A stretch of 63,200 bases of DNA, the filler included, from Diploschistes diacapsis (taxonomy: Eukaryota), in NCBI GenBank assembly GCA_023645945.1. It is 19 parts of 19 records of this genome, joined end to end, with 100 filler letters (N's around TTAATTAATTAA, not from the genome) between each part and the next. Parts side by side here need not be neighbours in the genome. Positions count along the whole stretch, not along the records: positions 21,658 to 41,864 come from JALAIB010000352.1; positions 41,965 to 43,200 come from JALAIB010003520.1; positions 43,301 to 44,536 come from JALAIB010003521.1; positions 44,637 to 45,871 come from JALAIB010003522.1; positions 45,972 to 47,206 come from JALAIB010003523.1; positions 47,307 to 48,541 come from JALAIB010003524.1; positions 48,642 to 49,875 come from JALAIB010003525.1; positions 49,976 to 51,209 come from JALAIB010003526.1; 11 more parts are not named here. One strand, 5' to 3'. The position numbers were made by a program, and so were the translations under genes. Shown piece by piece: positions 37,408 to 50,474 of the stretch (position 1 is its first letter; the number at the start of each line of letters is the position of its first letter). Below the pieces are notes generated by a model. The model had not been told where the DNA came from, made no database searches, and saw nothing but the letters and a program-made list of their open reading frames with translations.

Positions 37408-38364
37408 GCTTGCACTCGGTAAGGAAGAATTTATTAATAAAATGTCATGTCGCTTCAACCGTCAATGTGAAGATCGTGAAGATCATGAACACGAAACAGG
37501 CGCGAGGCACGTGCCGTTCTATCCAGTCGCTTGTGTATAAAACGCCAGTTTAGTACCGCTACTTGCACTGTGCCAGTATTTATAAGCGAAACCTCACGCT
37601 GAAAGCGGCAATTCTGTTCGATTCTCCGAAATACCCTTCCTTCTATGGAATATCTCTGAACCCTATTCCCTGCAATATGCGACATTGAGAAAATGTCCAA
37701 ATGCGTATATTGGAATGAGACAGCCCAGATATCTTGGGTGCACTCCGGTTGTTATGGAAGAAAGGGAGAGATGATCGGTGAGCAGGCTATAGGCCAACAA
37801 GATTCGAGGTACAGTATGATTTATGCAAGGATCAATTGAAGGATGACAGCACACGAGACGGTAGGTAAAGACTTGAGACTCTATATCATGGATCGATGTT
37901 ATGCCGCAAAGTACAGACCGCATTTTAGACACGTGTTTCGATTTGAACTCTGGTCTTTCTTTCATCGTGCTTAGGTCGACTTCGAGTCAAAGGAAAGGAA
38001 GAACTCAAGGTCAGGTAACTAGTTCACAGCCTCTACGAACGTTTGAACGTTTATGTTTATACGTCCTAGATAGTCCTTACGTTCTCCACCACAGCTGTCA
38101 TGGGAACGCCAGCCTGATGATGCTGCGCCTTGAGGGACATTCTGTACCCAAGCCTAGCTCAAGTCGATTTTCTTACTCGATATGCTTCACTGTTTCCTGG
38201 CGTACATCTAATACCAAGTTGCCTGTATTCCCTTATACCATCTACCCTCATGATTTTTCCACGCACGGAATTGCATTACCATAGTTTACGTCTTGGAACT
38301 CTCCAGATTTCGCAGCAGGTAGCAGGTCTGTAAGGGTTAGACGGCAAGCAACAAGGCACCTACA

Positions 38365-39505
38365 ATGCTTTATGCGGATACAATAGAAAATGAGAAATTC
38401 ACTGACAGGAGAACGCATAGAACACCATTGCTGTATAGAGTTGGGAGTAATAGTCGAAACAATGGCCTTGAAAGCCCTACCTTGCCTCTACATCATGCCT
38501 TGTTCTGTACACGTGAACGCCTTTGTCCAGCACATGAGTTCATTGCCCGTTGGTCGGGTGTACCACCGCTGCTACACAGGATCTTCTTCTTAAAAGGTCG
38601 GGCATCACGAGCTCGCCAAACGCATCACTCATGTAAGAGTCTTCTCCGAAATCAAAGCAACATCCTGATAGCTTCTTCTGAAACGATACTTTCCACTAAT
38701 AGCATCTAGCTCTAACCACAGTCCTCGAGAATTAGCAGTGTCCTCCGAGCGACAGTAAACATGAGCATTATCGAAGAATTCCCCAATCCTTTGACTGAAA
38801 TCGAATCCTTGCCTGCACTCGATGAAGTTTTCATAGCCTCTCGATGTAAGCACATCGTTGGCTCTGAAGAAGCTCGGAGCTTTCGCCTCAAGCAAGGCCT
38901 CAGGAAGGCTCCCACCCAAGGCCCAGATCTATGTCCTTCCTGTGACATGCGAGATATATTAGGAACCCTGTTCGTCGAGCACGTTTGTGCATGCATAGCT
39001 AGGGAGGGTATGATCCTTTGTCCTCCGGTAACCGGCTACAAGTACGGGTTTTGCCGGAGGTTCGAGGATCCGGTCGTTGCGGAGTACATCAACAATACGG
39101 TGCACCGTTCTAGACAGCACGATCTAGATTTGAACACCACACTATTGGAGTTACAAGATTTCGGCTTGCGGGCAATCACAGGGTGGGAAAACACATGGGA
39201 CATGTCTAGTACGACGAAGCACCCCTCGAGCATCCCTACCAGGGACCTTCTTCAAAGTCATCAACGGTGGGTTGAAAATCCGCATCGAGGTTAAACCGGA
39301 GGTCGGTAAGGTTTGCAAGGCCTACCCATACGGACTGCCAGGCATTGACTTCCCTTCTCAAGGGCACTTCAACTACGTCTTTGAACGTGATCCCCACCAA
39401 GATTCCGAGGGTGTGTTCCTAAAGAGGGTTCCTAGACTTGATGACTCCTTCCTAAACGTCTTGCCCTTCCTACTGAAGATGACACTAAGCTTGTCAACAT
39501 CCTGA
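38365..39505 (+). pseudogene. Possible degenerate lineage-specific gene
   Basis: ORFs 38365-38709 and 38761-39294 are in frame but split by stops, then the reading continues in another frame to 39505. SLLR..S.I...SE.ILSTN resembles the LLR.C..I..EA..ILYS.N motif of fungal F-box-like proteins. Confidence 0.35.
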
Positions 39506-40247
39506 AGGCGTGGTACTGACAAGGATTCCTTATATCATTTAGCCTGCTTGCCCATTCTACTAGAGTAGACATGTCAAGTTGCAGTACAAATGAAGTGTTT
39601 ATCTTGATCCCCATGATTAAGATCATGCGTATACTTGAGACCATCAGGATCAGGAGCTTGTGAATGTAGCGTACAAAGAAGACAAGAACACCCAAAAGAC
39701 AGGAGTATTGGTGGTACTGTGGGCTGGGGGCTGGGGGCAGCTGATGAGCAGGAGTACGGAGCCTCTCGAGCCTGCTGGTAGCTAGAGGGTTGGATGGTTG
39801 GTAGAAAGTTGGGTTGGATGAGTGGATCGCGGTCGAAATCGCGTAAGAGGATGGGATGACCATAATAAACATTCAATAGAACGAAGCATGCTCTTCCTCC
39901 AAATGCATGACACTTTTATGCTGGAAGGTTGGCGGATTCAGCCGTGAAGATATACGACTCTGTAGAAGCTTATCACGACTAGACTTGCATATTGTTCTAT
40001 GAATGATCTAGATTGAGCTTGTAAAGACGCTTGGCTTGAAGAAAATGGGGGGATCCTCGGGACTTTTAGGACGTTACCCTACATTGATCCCCCACACCGC
40101 AGTCTTCATCAATTTTCAGTTCCCAACATTGTATTTCTTGTTTTTTTTCTTCTTTGTCAATGGCACGGTCTTCATCTCATACTTTCATCGAGTTCAGCTA
40201 GGTTTCATTTGATCCTCAATCCCGTTTCTCGACTTCCGAGAAGCGCC

Positions 40248-41198
40248 ATGCGCGATCCACTCGGCCCATGTCCTGCCTTTCTGCAGGACCTCGCGGCGCC
40301 TCTCGCAGGCGCGCCTCTGAGGCTCACCACCCTACCTCTCCATGCCCACGAGGTCCTCTTCGGCTTCATCTTCTACACCACGATCTCCCAAGTCCTCTCC
40401 CCCTTCCTTTGTAGCTACTTCATTCCCCGTCTACACCACTCCTTCAACCGTCGTACGCGCGTTAACTGGGACATTCACGTTACATCTTTCATACAGTCGA
40501 CCCTTATCTGCAGCATCGCACTTTGGCTCTTGGTTAACGATCCGGAAGTTCAAGGCGATGGCTCCTGGAAGGGTAGGATCTGGGGCTATAGCGGAGCGGC
40601 GGGCATGGCGCAGGCGCTTGCTGGAGGGTACTTTATGTGGGATGTTGTGTTTTGCCTGTTGTATTTTGATGTGCAGGGTATTGGGGCTTTAATGCACGGC
40701 ATCAGCGCGCTGCTTATTACGATGATGGGCTTCGTGAGTTTTTGGTCCATTAGGAAGGGAGGAGAGGGTGCTGAATCTTCATAGCGGCCATTTGCTAACT
40801 ATTACGGCTTGGCTTTCATACTTTACGAGCTGTCCACGCCGTTTCTGAATATCCACTGGTTCCTAGATAAGGTCGGGCTGACGGGCTCGAGTGTCCAGCT
40901 GTATAACGGTCTGCTCCTGATTGCCATGTTCGGCTCGTGCAGGCTGGTTTGGGGCACGTACCAGTCGTTCAACATCTACAGCGACTTGTGGAAAGCCGTT
41001 CAGAACACAGACGCGAGCTCCGGCTCTGTGGGTGACTTCGCTAAGGAAGCAGCTCGAGATGATAACTTGCCTCTCGTGCTAGCGAGCGTGTACCTGGCGA
41101 GCAATACGCTGCTGATTGTGCTCAACTACTACTGGTTCTGGAAGATGATAGAGGCTGTGACAAAGCGATTTGTGAAGCCAAAGGCCGAAAGGCATTGA
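40248..41198 (+). CDS. TLC (TRAM/LAG1/CLN8) domain membrane protein; intron 40734-40784
   Basis: LTTLPLHAHEV, NWDIHVTS, GYFMWD, and GF|RPFANYYGLAFILYELSTPFLNIHWFLDK. Confidence 0.9.
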
Positions 41199-41510
41199 GA
41201 CTTTACGATATAGAGATGCAGACTCCATCTAGATCGTCCTTCACATCGTCATGAAAAAGTAGACAAATTTCATACCTCCAAAGTTCTTCGCACTGCTCGA
41301 GTTCTCCCGAAGAGTACGGAAAGCTGAGGCTGGGTTATAAATAGTTCCGCTGCACGCACCCCCCTTGTCACCGCCTATTGTCATAACTCTAATTCTGCCA
41401 GCGATCGACATTGTGTATTTTTCTCTCACCAGAGTCAATCAACCAAACGATCCATCTTCGAATGAGAGGTGCCCCTGAATCGACTACATTACCCCTACCC
41501 CCACCCATTA

Positions 41511-41864
41511 ATGACGGCACTTCCCTCCCCCGCCTTGGCCGCCTATCGGCACATCCTGCGCGCCACGCGCATCGCTTTCCGCGGTAAGCCCCTTCCTTCC
41601 CACTCCTTTCTCTCCTCCTCTCCTCCCAAACCCGCCAACCAAACTATCCCAAAATCACCTCCAGTACCAACCAACCAACTAACACCCGTTACCAAACAAA
41701 AAAAAAGGCGACGTCCCCACCCTCCTCTCCGCCCGCGCCAAAGCCCGCACCGACTTCCAATCCTCCAGCACGCTCGCGCCCGCCAGCGACGAGGCGCGCC
41801 GGCGGATCCGGCATGCGGAGGAGGTGGCGGTTGTGCTGAGGCGGAACGTTGTGCAGGGGGAACG
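41511..41864 (+). CDS. MZM1: Mitochondrial LYR-motif protein Mzm1/LYRM7, 3' truncated by contig end; intron 41584-41707
   Basis: ALAAYRHILRATRIAFR|GDVPTLLSARAKAR..F...HAEEVAVVLRRNVVQG. Confidence 0.85.
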
Positions 41865-42262
41865 NNNNNNNNNNNNNNNNNNNNNNNNNNNNNNNNNNNN
41901 NNNNNNNNTTAATTAATTAANNNNNNNNNNNNNNNNNNNNNNNNNNNNNNNNNNNNNNNNNNNNTATAAGATTATTTTCATCTCGTGGCCTTTTTTGATC
42001 GAATAAGTTCAGTATTAATATAATTAAACTTCGATGATTATCGAAGGAACAAATCGGTTTAGCGGCGGTAAAACTGAATATCGCAATGTGAGGTGTCCCA
42101 GATGGGGGGGTGGCCCAGATGACCGTGAAACACGTAATCGCGATTTCATAAACGATTTTTTAAAATAATTAATATTTGTACGAGATAAATCGAATCGAAT
42201 AAATTGAATGCGATAAGTTACGAAGTTATATAACGATGGTTCGATGTAATAATCACTTAATA

Positions 42263-43159
42263 ACGTGTTTCACGGGGATTCCGGCCACCCCCAGATTCCG
42301 GCCACTTTTGCCAAGAAATAGTTTAAATCTTCAATAATTCTTCGATATTAATCATTATTTTTATTTTCTTTTCAAAATATTACTTTCCAATCAATTATCT
42401 ATCATATTCAAAAAGTGCACATTGATTACGGCATTAGTTAATCTTTTCAAGCGAATTAAAAATAACGACTCGAAAAAGCGGATTTTCGAATCTTTTAAAA
42501 TCAGCTTTAACCAAGCAAAAATATTTTAATTAAATAAACTATTATAAGCGGTTCTATGCGTACATTTCGTTAAAAATATAAAAAAAGCATTTTTATGACG
42601 TTATACTGTCGTTGTGTGACCTTTTTCATCATTTTTCAGTCATTTTAGAAAATTTAGATTAAGCGAAAACTAGCCGTTGTATGGCCAAATTATACAAAAT
42701 CTTTCGGATTTTGAAGAATAAAGCCACACAACGACTGTATAACGTCGAAAAGTGTTGAACTAAACCGCTAGACCAAAAGATGCGCACCTCTTAGCTAGCA
42801 GCAGTTCATGTTTATATTCCAACAAAAAGGTATTGTTTTTATAGTTTTAATGAAATCTACGCATAAAACCGCTCATAATAGATCATTTAAATAAATTATT
42901 TTTTTGGTTGGTTAAAGCAGATTTTAAAGGATTCAAAAGTCCACTTTTTCGAGTCGTTATTTTTAATTCGCTTAAAAAATTTAACTGATGACGTAACCAA
43001 TGTGCACTTTTTGTATATGATATATAATTGATTGAAAAGTAATATTTTGAAAAAAAAATATAAATAACGATTAATTTCGATGAATTATTGAAGATTTACA
43101 CTATTTCTTGGCAAAAGTGGCCGGAATCAAGGGGTGGCCGGAATCCCCGTGAAACACGT
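42263..43159. mobile_element. Non-autonomous foldback element with pogo/Fot1-type TIRs
   Basis: TA | ACGTGTTTCACGGGGATTCCGGCCAC ... GTGGCCGGAATCCCCGTGAAACACGT | TA; inverted arms of about 330 bp; no ORF. Confidence 0.85.
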
Positions 43160-43770
43160 TATATCAATATCCGAATAAACGACGTGTCGATCACGAGTTG
43201 NNNNNNNNNNNNNNNNNNNNNNNNNNNNNNNNNNNNNNNNNNNNTTAATTAATTAANNNNNNNNNNNNNNNNNNNNNNNNNNNNNNNNNNNNNNNNNNNN
43301 GGAATGGAATACTATACTACCGGGGGCTGGGCCTGATCCGGAAGGATTACGTGTAGCTAGGCTTCTATAGATAAAAGATCTCGATTCGAAAAGCTAGAAA
43401 AGAAATTATCTAAATGTAAGGATAGCAGGAATAAATAGTATATAAATACCAGTTCTACGGGGTTCGGGTTCTACCCGCTTATATAGCTACCCTTTAATAT
43501 CTTTGGCACGGTTAATACCCGTTAAATAATTCTGCCGTTATATGACCCTACCGTTACGTGATTCCGGTAACTTAACACGTTTAGGTTAATCTATTTTATT
43601 ATTTCTTTTTTTAAATGTTTGTGTCTTTTATAAACGCGATGATGTTTTTTTTAATTAATATTTATTTCGATCTTTATTTCTTTCGCTGATTTATTTAAAA
43701 AAATACTCGTTATTTTTTTATAATAGATGTTATCGTCTTTTTAAATCTTTTTTAATAGTATCTTTATTTA

Positions 43771-44090
43771 TGAAACGCCAGCGCAGGAAAGGATGCTACT
43801 CTACCGGGGGCTGGGCCTGATCCGGAAGGATTAGGTGTAGCTTGGGCATGTACAGGTAAAAGGTTTCGATTCGAAAAGTTGAAGAAGAAATTATCTAGGT
43901 GAAAGGAAGGCACCGTTAAGTAATATAAATGTTAGACCTACCGGGGTTCGAGAACTACCTATCTACACAACCACCCCCTAACCCTACCGTGTCTTGGCAA
44001 GCATTTAGGTATTGATCCTACCGTGTCTTGATAAGTACTTGGGCATTAACCCTACCGTGGCTTAACAGGCCCCTAGGTTAGGCTATTTCA
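43771..44090 (-). mobile_element. LTR family A (320 bp), 3' LTR with polypurine tract
   Basis: TG...CA ends; minus-strand PPT AAAAAGGGAGGTAG immediately precedes it; a partial sister copy lies at 43301-43590. Confidence 0.85.
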
Positions 44091-44201
44091 CTACCTCCCT
44101 TTTTAAATGTTTATATCTCTTATAAACGCGATATTCTTTTTTAGTTAATCTTTACCTCGATCTTCACTTCTTTTTTTAATTTATTTAAAAAGATATTCGT
44201 T

Positions 44202-44536
44202 TGTTACGATCCAAGTACCAGACTTGGCACGTCCCAGCTTTGTTGTATATAGGTCGATCACGGGACAAGGGTCACGTGATGCGCTTACTGCTCTCGCTTA
44301 CTTTTGTGAGCGGCGAGCAAGCTTTCGTTATCGCTCGATAATCGCGTTTATTCTCATAAACGGCAAGCCTCGAGGATACCGTTCGTTAAATCTATAATAA
44401 GCGACGAGCGAGTTATTTATATATAAGCACGATTCTACTTTCGTAGAAAAGAATATATTTATTTTTATAAATATTCCTAATTATTATTTAAGATTAATTT
44501 ATATTCGTTTATTTTTATTTTTAAAAAGCTTTCTTT
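44202..44536 (+). mobile_element. LTR family B, partial
   Basis: Starts TGTTACGATCCAAGTACCAGACTTGGC like the complete copy at 53220-53748. Variants at 50761 and 57109, and reversed copies ending at 52384 and 54415. Confidence 0.75.
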
Positions 44537-46068
44537 NNNNNNNNNNNNNNNNNNNNNNNNNNNNNNNNNNNNNNNNNNNNTTAATTAATTAANNNNNNNN
44601 NNNNNNNNNNNNNNNNNNNNNNNNNNNNNNNNNNNNTCTAATGCGGTTATATAGATCCAATTTATCAATAATATTTCGATAAACGTATTATTAACGTCCA
44701 TTTAATAACATTCTAGATCTTTAGTTACTTTAACCGTTAATAAAATCCGTAGCGAGTCGGTTCGAATAGTAAAAATAAATGTCTTATCGAAATCGATATC
44801 TTGTTTTTACGAGAACCTTCTTGCGACTAATTTAGTCTTAAATCTTTTAATGTTATTATTGAGATTATACTTAATATCGAAAACCTATCTTAAATTAATA
44901 ATATTAATAGGTTTAAATGGTTCAGGTAATTTAGTCTAGGTCTAGTTTAGTAATAAAAAATCAATGTCTTTCTTTACTATTGTTTCTTATTCTTGTTCGA
45001 AGATTGAAATATTTACGGCTTTTTTATAGTTCCTTAGGATGCTGACACGTGTCGATTTTAAATTAACGTTGCTTATTATTTCCTATTTATTTATTATAAG
45101 CGCTATATAATTCTTTAATATTTTAATTAATAAAAAATGTTCGATATCTCGTTATCGTTTATTAATAACGGAATTCGTGTTATATAACTTTTTAATATTT
45201 TAAATATTTATAGTTATTAAAGCGTCGTTTATGTCGTTTATTATTTAAGAATTCTGTATATTGGACGTTGTTAACGTGACGTTAACGGGTATTATATAGA
45301 TAATCGGATTATTAACAACGTGTATAACGCTCGTTATTAACGTAATAGGTTTTGATATATTCGGTTTAATAGGTTTAGATTTAGGTTTAGGTTTAATTCT
45401 TTTTTTTAAAACTTTAACCCGTAAGAACCTCTTTATTAACCGTCGGTCACCATCATTTAACTCGGGTTGATCATATAAAATAAAAGTAAGGGTCTTTAGG
45501 ATACTATGATCCTTGATAGGAACAGATGATGAAAATTTAGTATGATTTAGTTAAACCTTCGTTTTTATCGTTGATGAGTTTTTGATAGGCTGGCCGTCAC
45601 GGACACGGCCGTGGCAGTGTCCGTGTTTTAAAAATTTTAGCCGTAGTGTCCGTGTTAATGGATTTACTACAGTACAGTATCCGTGTCAGTATCAATATTT
45701 TAGATTTTTTAATTATTGTGTCCGTGCCTATATTTTTACTATAATATAATATCCGTGTCAGTGTCCGTGCCGAGAAAATTTTAATTACGATATCCATATC
45801 CGTACTTCTATTATAATATAATATCCGTATTAATGTTGGTGCCGAGAAAATTTTAATTACGATATCCGTATNNNNNNNNNNNNNNNNNNNNNNNNNNNNN
45901 NNNNNNNNNNNNNNNTTAATTAATTAANNNNNNNNNNNNNNNNNNNNNNNNNNNNNNNNNNNNNNNNNNNNACGTTAAACACGATATATTTATTAAAAAA
46001 TTTAAATTAATATAAAAGACATTCAGCTAAACTAGATAAACATATTGATAATTCCGCCCGTAAAGGAA

Positions 46069-47206
46069 TATTGAATAGGCAAGTAAAATGTATGGTTGGG
46101 AAGTTCAGCTGAACTTTAGGTTCAGGTTCAGTTCGGCTGAACCTACTGGGGTTCCTGCTAATCCTAATCGGGAGTAGTGCAAGTCTATAGGGCTTAATGG
46201 ATCCTATTGATATAAGAGTTTGCATGTAGACTATTCCTTTTAATTAGATCTCTAGATATTTAGACTTCAATACATGCGTTGCCCAAAAATTTCCGTAAAA
46301 TAAACATCCTTTTATTAGGTTAAAATGGCGACGTCGTCTTTCGTCGGATCGTCCTTGGGAACGGGAACCTTTAGGGTACTATAATCTATTATAACGTAAG
46401 AAATATACTACAATCTCTTCTATCAGTTTATCTTATTTATCGGTAAATCTATTAAATCATCTATCGAAATCGATATTAACGAATAAAATATTATCGATTT
46501 ACGTATTAATAACGTCGATAATAATTCCGTAATCAAACGACAATACCGCAAATAGTTGTTAAAAAGGAACCTTTAAGGCGTACTCGATTCGTCCATATAA
46601 CAACTTCTTTAAAAGTTTTATTAAATATATTTATACTTTTTGAATAATCGTGCCTTTCTTGAATTTATAATTGACGAACTTAAGGTTCAGCTAACGACGT
46701 TCAGGTTCAGTAATCGCCTGGTATTTTGCCTACAGAGAATCCCATCTGGCTTTCGTAGTAAATAAACCACGAAAACGTTTTTAATCGATTTCCCCTGTAC
46801 AGATTATAATCTAGTAATTTGCTTTAGATTGATCTTTCTTTCCACTATTCAGATATTTTGTCCAAAACTGAACCTGAATCGGTAAAAATAAATGATATAA
46901 AATCATCTAGAGTAACTGCAGTAGGCGATAATAACTGATTATCAAAAACGTAATCCACCTCTTCACTTTCAAGATATATGCTTATAAGTTCAAGCCATTG
47001 CTATTAATTTTCTTTTCTCAGGATGAAAGCAACCCGTTTCTTAAATAAAATATCGTCCATCTTATTACTATTTTTCGTAAACAAAAAAGATTTATTAAAT
47101 AAATGACTCGTAATTAATAAGTAATTGATAAATAATATAGAAGGTAATTTTTTATAATAAAAATAAAGGTAATCTTTTGGGCAACGCATATATTGAAGTC
47201 TAGATA
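46069..47206. mobile_element. Ty1/Copia-like remnants: plus-strand LTR (about 46069-46274) and an opposite-strand copy with RIP-mutated gag (about 47060-46690)
   Basis: The junction AGACTTCAATACA|TGCGTTGCCCAAAA appears in both orientations. The minus strand reads W.KDQSKANY.II.C...TTKARWDSL..KY, resembling Copia gag. Confidence 0.5.
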
Positions 47207-47306
47207 NNNNNNNNNNNNNNNNNNNNNNNNNNNNNNNNNNNNNNNNNNNNTTAATTAATTAANNNNNNNNNNNNNNNNNNNNNNNNNNNNNNNNNNNNNN
47301 NNNNNN

Positions 47307-47889
47307 TAGGCTGGCCGTCACTGACACTGACACGGCCGTGTCAGTGACACGGACACTGACAGTGTCAGTGTCCGTGTTTTAGATTTTTTTGCTGCGGTGT
47401 CCGTGTCCGTGGATTCACGGAAATGCAGTGTCCGTGTCAGTATCCGTGTTTTAGATTTTTTAATTACGATATCCGTGTCCGTGGATTCTCGGAAATGTAA
47501 TGTCCGTATTAGTATCCGTGTTTTAAAATTTTTAATTACGGTGTCCATGTCCGTGTCCATGTTTTTAAAAATAATTTTTAAAAAATAAAAACGTGAGAAA
47601 TAAGCGTGATAATTTTAAAAATATTAAAAAAAAAAAAAGTGTTTCCGTGCTTTTACTATAATATAGTATCCGTATCAGTGAATTCACGGAAATGTAATAT
47701 CCGTGTTAGTATTCGTGTTTTAAATTTTTTAATTGCGGTATCCGTGTTCGTGAATTTACGGAAAGATAGTGTCCGTGTTAATATCCATGTTTTAAAATTT
47801 TAAATGTCGTGTCCGTGTTAGTGTCCGTGTTTTGAAAATTTTTGCTGCAGTGTCCGTGTCAGTGACCGTGGCACGAAACGGCCAGCCTA
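47307..47889. mobile_element. hAT-like MITE (583 bp) with ACACGG subterminal repeats
   Basis: 12-bp TIR TAGGCTGGCCGT...ACGGCCAGCCTA. Partial copies at 45586-45871, 53977-54275, 54970-55209, 55310-55783 and 57467-57875. Confidence 0.75.
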
Positions 47890-48541
47890 CTTAAAACTTT
47901 ATTAAAAAACATATAATACTAACGTAATAGCGATAAAAACGATACGCGGACGAATACCGACGCTCCGTTAAAAAGATTAATCCCGACGATTCGATCTAAT
48001 TAAATATATATAATATTAAAACCACCCGGGTTTATAAAAAGTTAAATAATAAATAAAGCGACCTCTATAACGTTTTAAGCGATATAAACTTCGAGCTGGA
48101 CCTACTAACGTCGATAAAACAATATAAAACCTTTTACTCGTTTTTACTTTTAAAAAACCCGTAAGACCTTCTAGAAAGATAAACGTATCCTAAACCACCC
48201 CCGATAAAGACGGAAGACGAAAAAGAATAAGAGATCGAAGATATCCTCGACGTCAAAAAAGGTCTCGAACGAGGAATGAACGTCTAATACAGGATACGTT
48301 AAGTAAGATGACTTATCGACGATAACTAATATCCCGCCGTTAATTTCGAAAATACTTTCGATATCTTACGGGAATTTTATTAATTAAATCCCGAAAAGAT
48401 AAAACTTTCGTAACTAATAATACCCGGGGATAGGTAATCTACGCCAACAAGAACTATAAACGGAAACGAATCTTTAAAATAAAACGATATCGATTATTAC
48501 GACGATTATACTTTCCTATAAAATCTAAAAACGTATTTAAT
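47890..48541 (+). mobile_element. RIP-mutated Gypsy integrase C-terminus and chromodomain (family A internal region)
   Basis: EDEKE*EIEDILDV...YRIR*..*..DDN*YPAVNFEN...REFY is a chromodomain. Downstream sequence matches the region next to the PPT at 50600-50760. Confidence 0.7.
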
Positions 48542-48641
48542 NNNNNNNNNNNNNNNNNNNNNNNNNNNNNNNNNNNNNNNNNNNNTTAATTAATTAANNN
48601 NNNNNNNNNNNNNNNNNNNNNNNNNNNNNNNNNNNNNNNNN

Positions 48642-49195
48642 GTATAGCCTTATAACTTATCGTATTAAATTTATTAAACTCGATTTATCTTGTTTAAATA
48701 TTAGTAATTTTAGGAAATCGTTTACGAAATCGCGATATTTAATATTTATCGATAGATTAAAGATTCGCGATCGTGATTTCTAAATTCAAACCGAATTAAA
48801 TACGTTCGCGTTAAATTTCTTCGGCCATATCTATCATCAATATAAACTATACAGTAAAGCCAGTTTATATAAAACGTATAATTTATCGTATTAATATCTT
48901 TTCTTCTGAATTTAAAAGGATTTAAATCGTTTCGTAATTATTAGAACGAGATTAAGCTTCATCGAGTCGATCTATAATGATCGATCGAGATATTTTAAAT
49001 GCGCGGGCAGCTTCTCGAATGCTAGTATATTGTTATAATTTTAGGACCTATAAACATTCGTTAATATTAAATTCTATTAAAATCGAATTATTATTATGCG
49101 AGGTAGTTATTGTTGAGAAAGATCGAATGTAAGATGAAAATAGTGATTTGAGGTGGCCGGAATCTGGGGGTGGCCGGAATCCCCGTGAAACACGT
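48642..49195 (-). mobile_element. pogo/Fot1 DNA transposon 5' end with RIP-mutated transposase
   Basis: Same TIR as the foldback element, followed by YTSIREAARAFKISRS....RL....SR...E....L...EE..L..*I.R....GF.........MAEEI (HTH-psq/CENP-B type N-terminus). Confidence 0.8.
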
Positions 49196-50155
49196 TATCC
49201 TAAATGTAAAACGCTATTATCTTACTTCAATTTAACTTTCTTAATATAATCTAAATAAAGCATTCTTTCCCCGACTTTAATTCGTCGTCTTCGAATAAGA
49301 ATCAGGTTTCTAAACAGATATAACTAATTAATTATATATAATAAAACGCCGGTATCACCGATCCATTTAATAGGAATAATCTTATTTTTAATAATAACGT
49401 TCTTAGCTATATTATTAATTTTATTATCATATAATTAAAATTCAGGTTCAGGTTCAGATTTTAAATTTTTTTAATTTTTATCGTCTAAATCTTCTATATT
49501 ATAGGCGCGTTTGTTCTTACTTTTTTTATCGCGGATGTCTCGGGATCCTTTTCCTTTTTCTCGCTTCTTATCTTTTGCTGCGATGATCATTTTTCTGAAC
49601 TTTTTAGCGAGTTTGTATCGTATCGCGCGATAATTATCGCTATTATAAAATAAATATTCTTCTTTTAGGTTAAAATGGCGGCGTCGTTTTTCGTCGGATC
49701 GTCCTTAGGAGCGAAAACGGAAGTTTTTAAAGTGCTATGATCTTCTATAACGTAAAAAATATGTTATAATTTCTTCTATTAACTTATCTTGCTTATCGAT
49801 AAGCCTATTGAGCTATCTATCGAAATCGATATTGACGGATGAAACATCATCGATTTACGTGTTAATAACGTCGATNNNNNNNNNNNNNNNNNNNNNNNNN
49901 NNNNNNNNNNNNNNNNNNNTTAATTAATTAANNNNNNNNNNNNNNNNNNNNNNNNNNNNNNNNNNNNNNNNNNNNTTAAATAAAACCTAAATCTTAATAT
50001 AAAACGCGTATTATAAATATATAAGATTTTTCGTACGACGCTTATTGCTCGACGCGATGATCGTATTTCAAAACACGATATTTAAACCAACTCAATGAAT
50101 TTAACTCTATTAGAAAAAAAAACAATTTTTAATCGTACGATTAATTTAATCGAAT

Positions 50156-50474
50156 TGAAACGCCAGCGCAGGAAAGGATGCTACTCTTCGGGGGCTGGAC
50201 CTGATCCGGAAGGATTAGGTGTAGCTTGGGCATCTGCAGGTAAAAGGTCTCGATTCGAAAAGCTGAAGAAGAAACTATCTAGGTGGGAGGAGGGCACCGT
50301 TAAGTAGTGTAGGTGCTAGACCTACCGGGGTTCGGGGACTACCCGTCTATACAGCCACTTCCTAACCCTGCCGTGTCTTGGCAAGCACCTGGGCATTGAC
50401 CCTGCCGTGTCTTGGCAAGTATCTGGGCATTAACCCTACCGTGGCTTGGCAGGCCCCTGGGCTGGGCTGTCTTA
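50156..50474 (-). mobile_element. LTR family A, least mutated copy, 3' LTR with PPT
   Basis: TGAAAC...GTCTTA ends; internal 33-bp tandem repeats; minus-strand PPT AGAAAGAAGGGTAG. Confidence 0.85.

Noticed and set aside
45370..45395. TTTAGG repeats resembling telomeric DNA
   Set aside because: Short and internal; explained as RIP-mutated TTCAGG repeats (compare 46117 and 49441) within retroelement sequence.
46256..47206. 31-bp inverted repeat suggesting a TIR DNA transposon
   Set aside because: Better explained as two opposed copies of an LTR-end/PBS junction, one followed by Copia-like gag.
50364..50450. 33-bp direct repeats resembling a CRISPR array
   Set aside because: Tandem with no spacers, inside a eukaryotic LTR.
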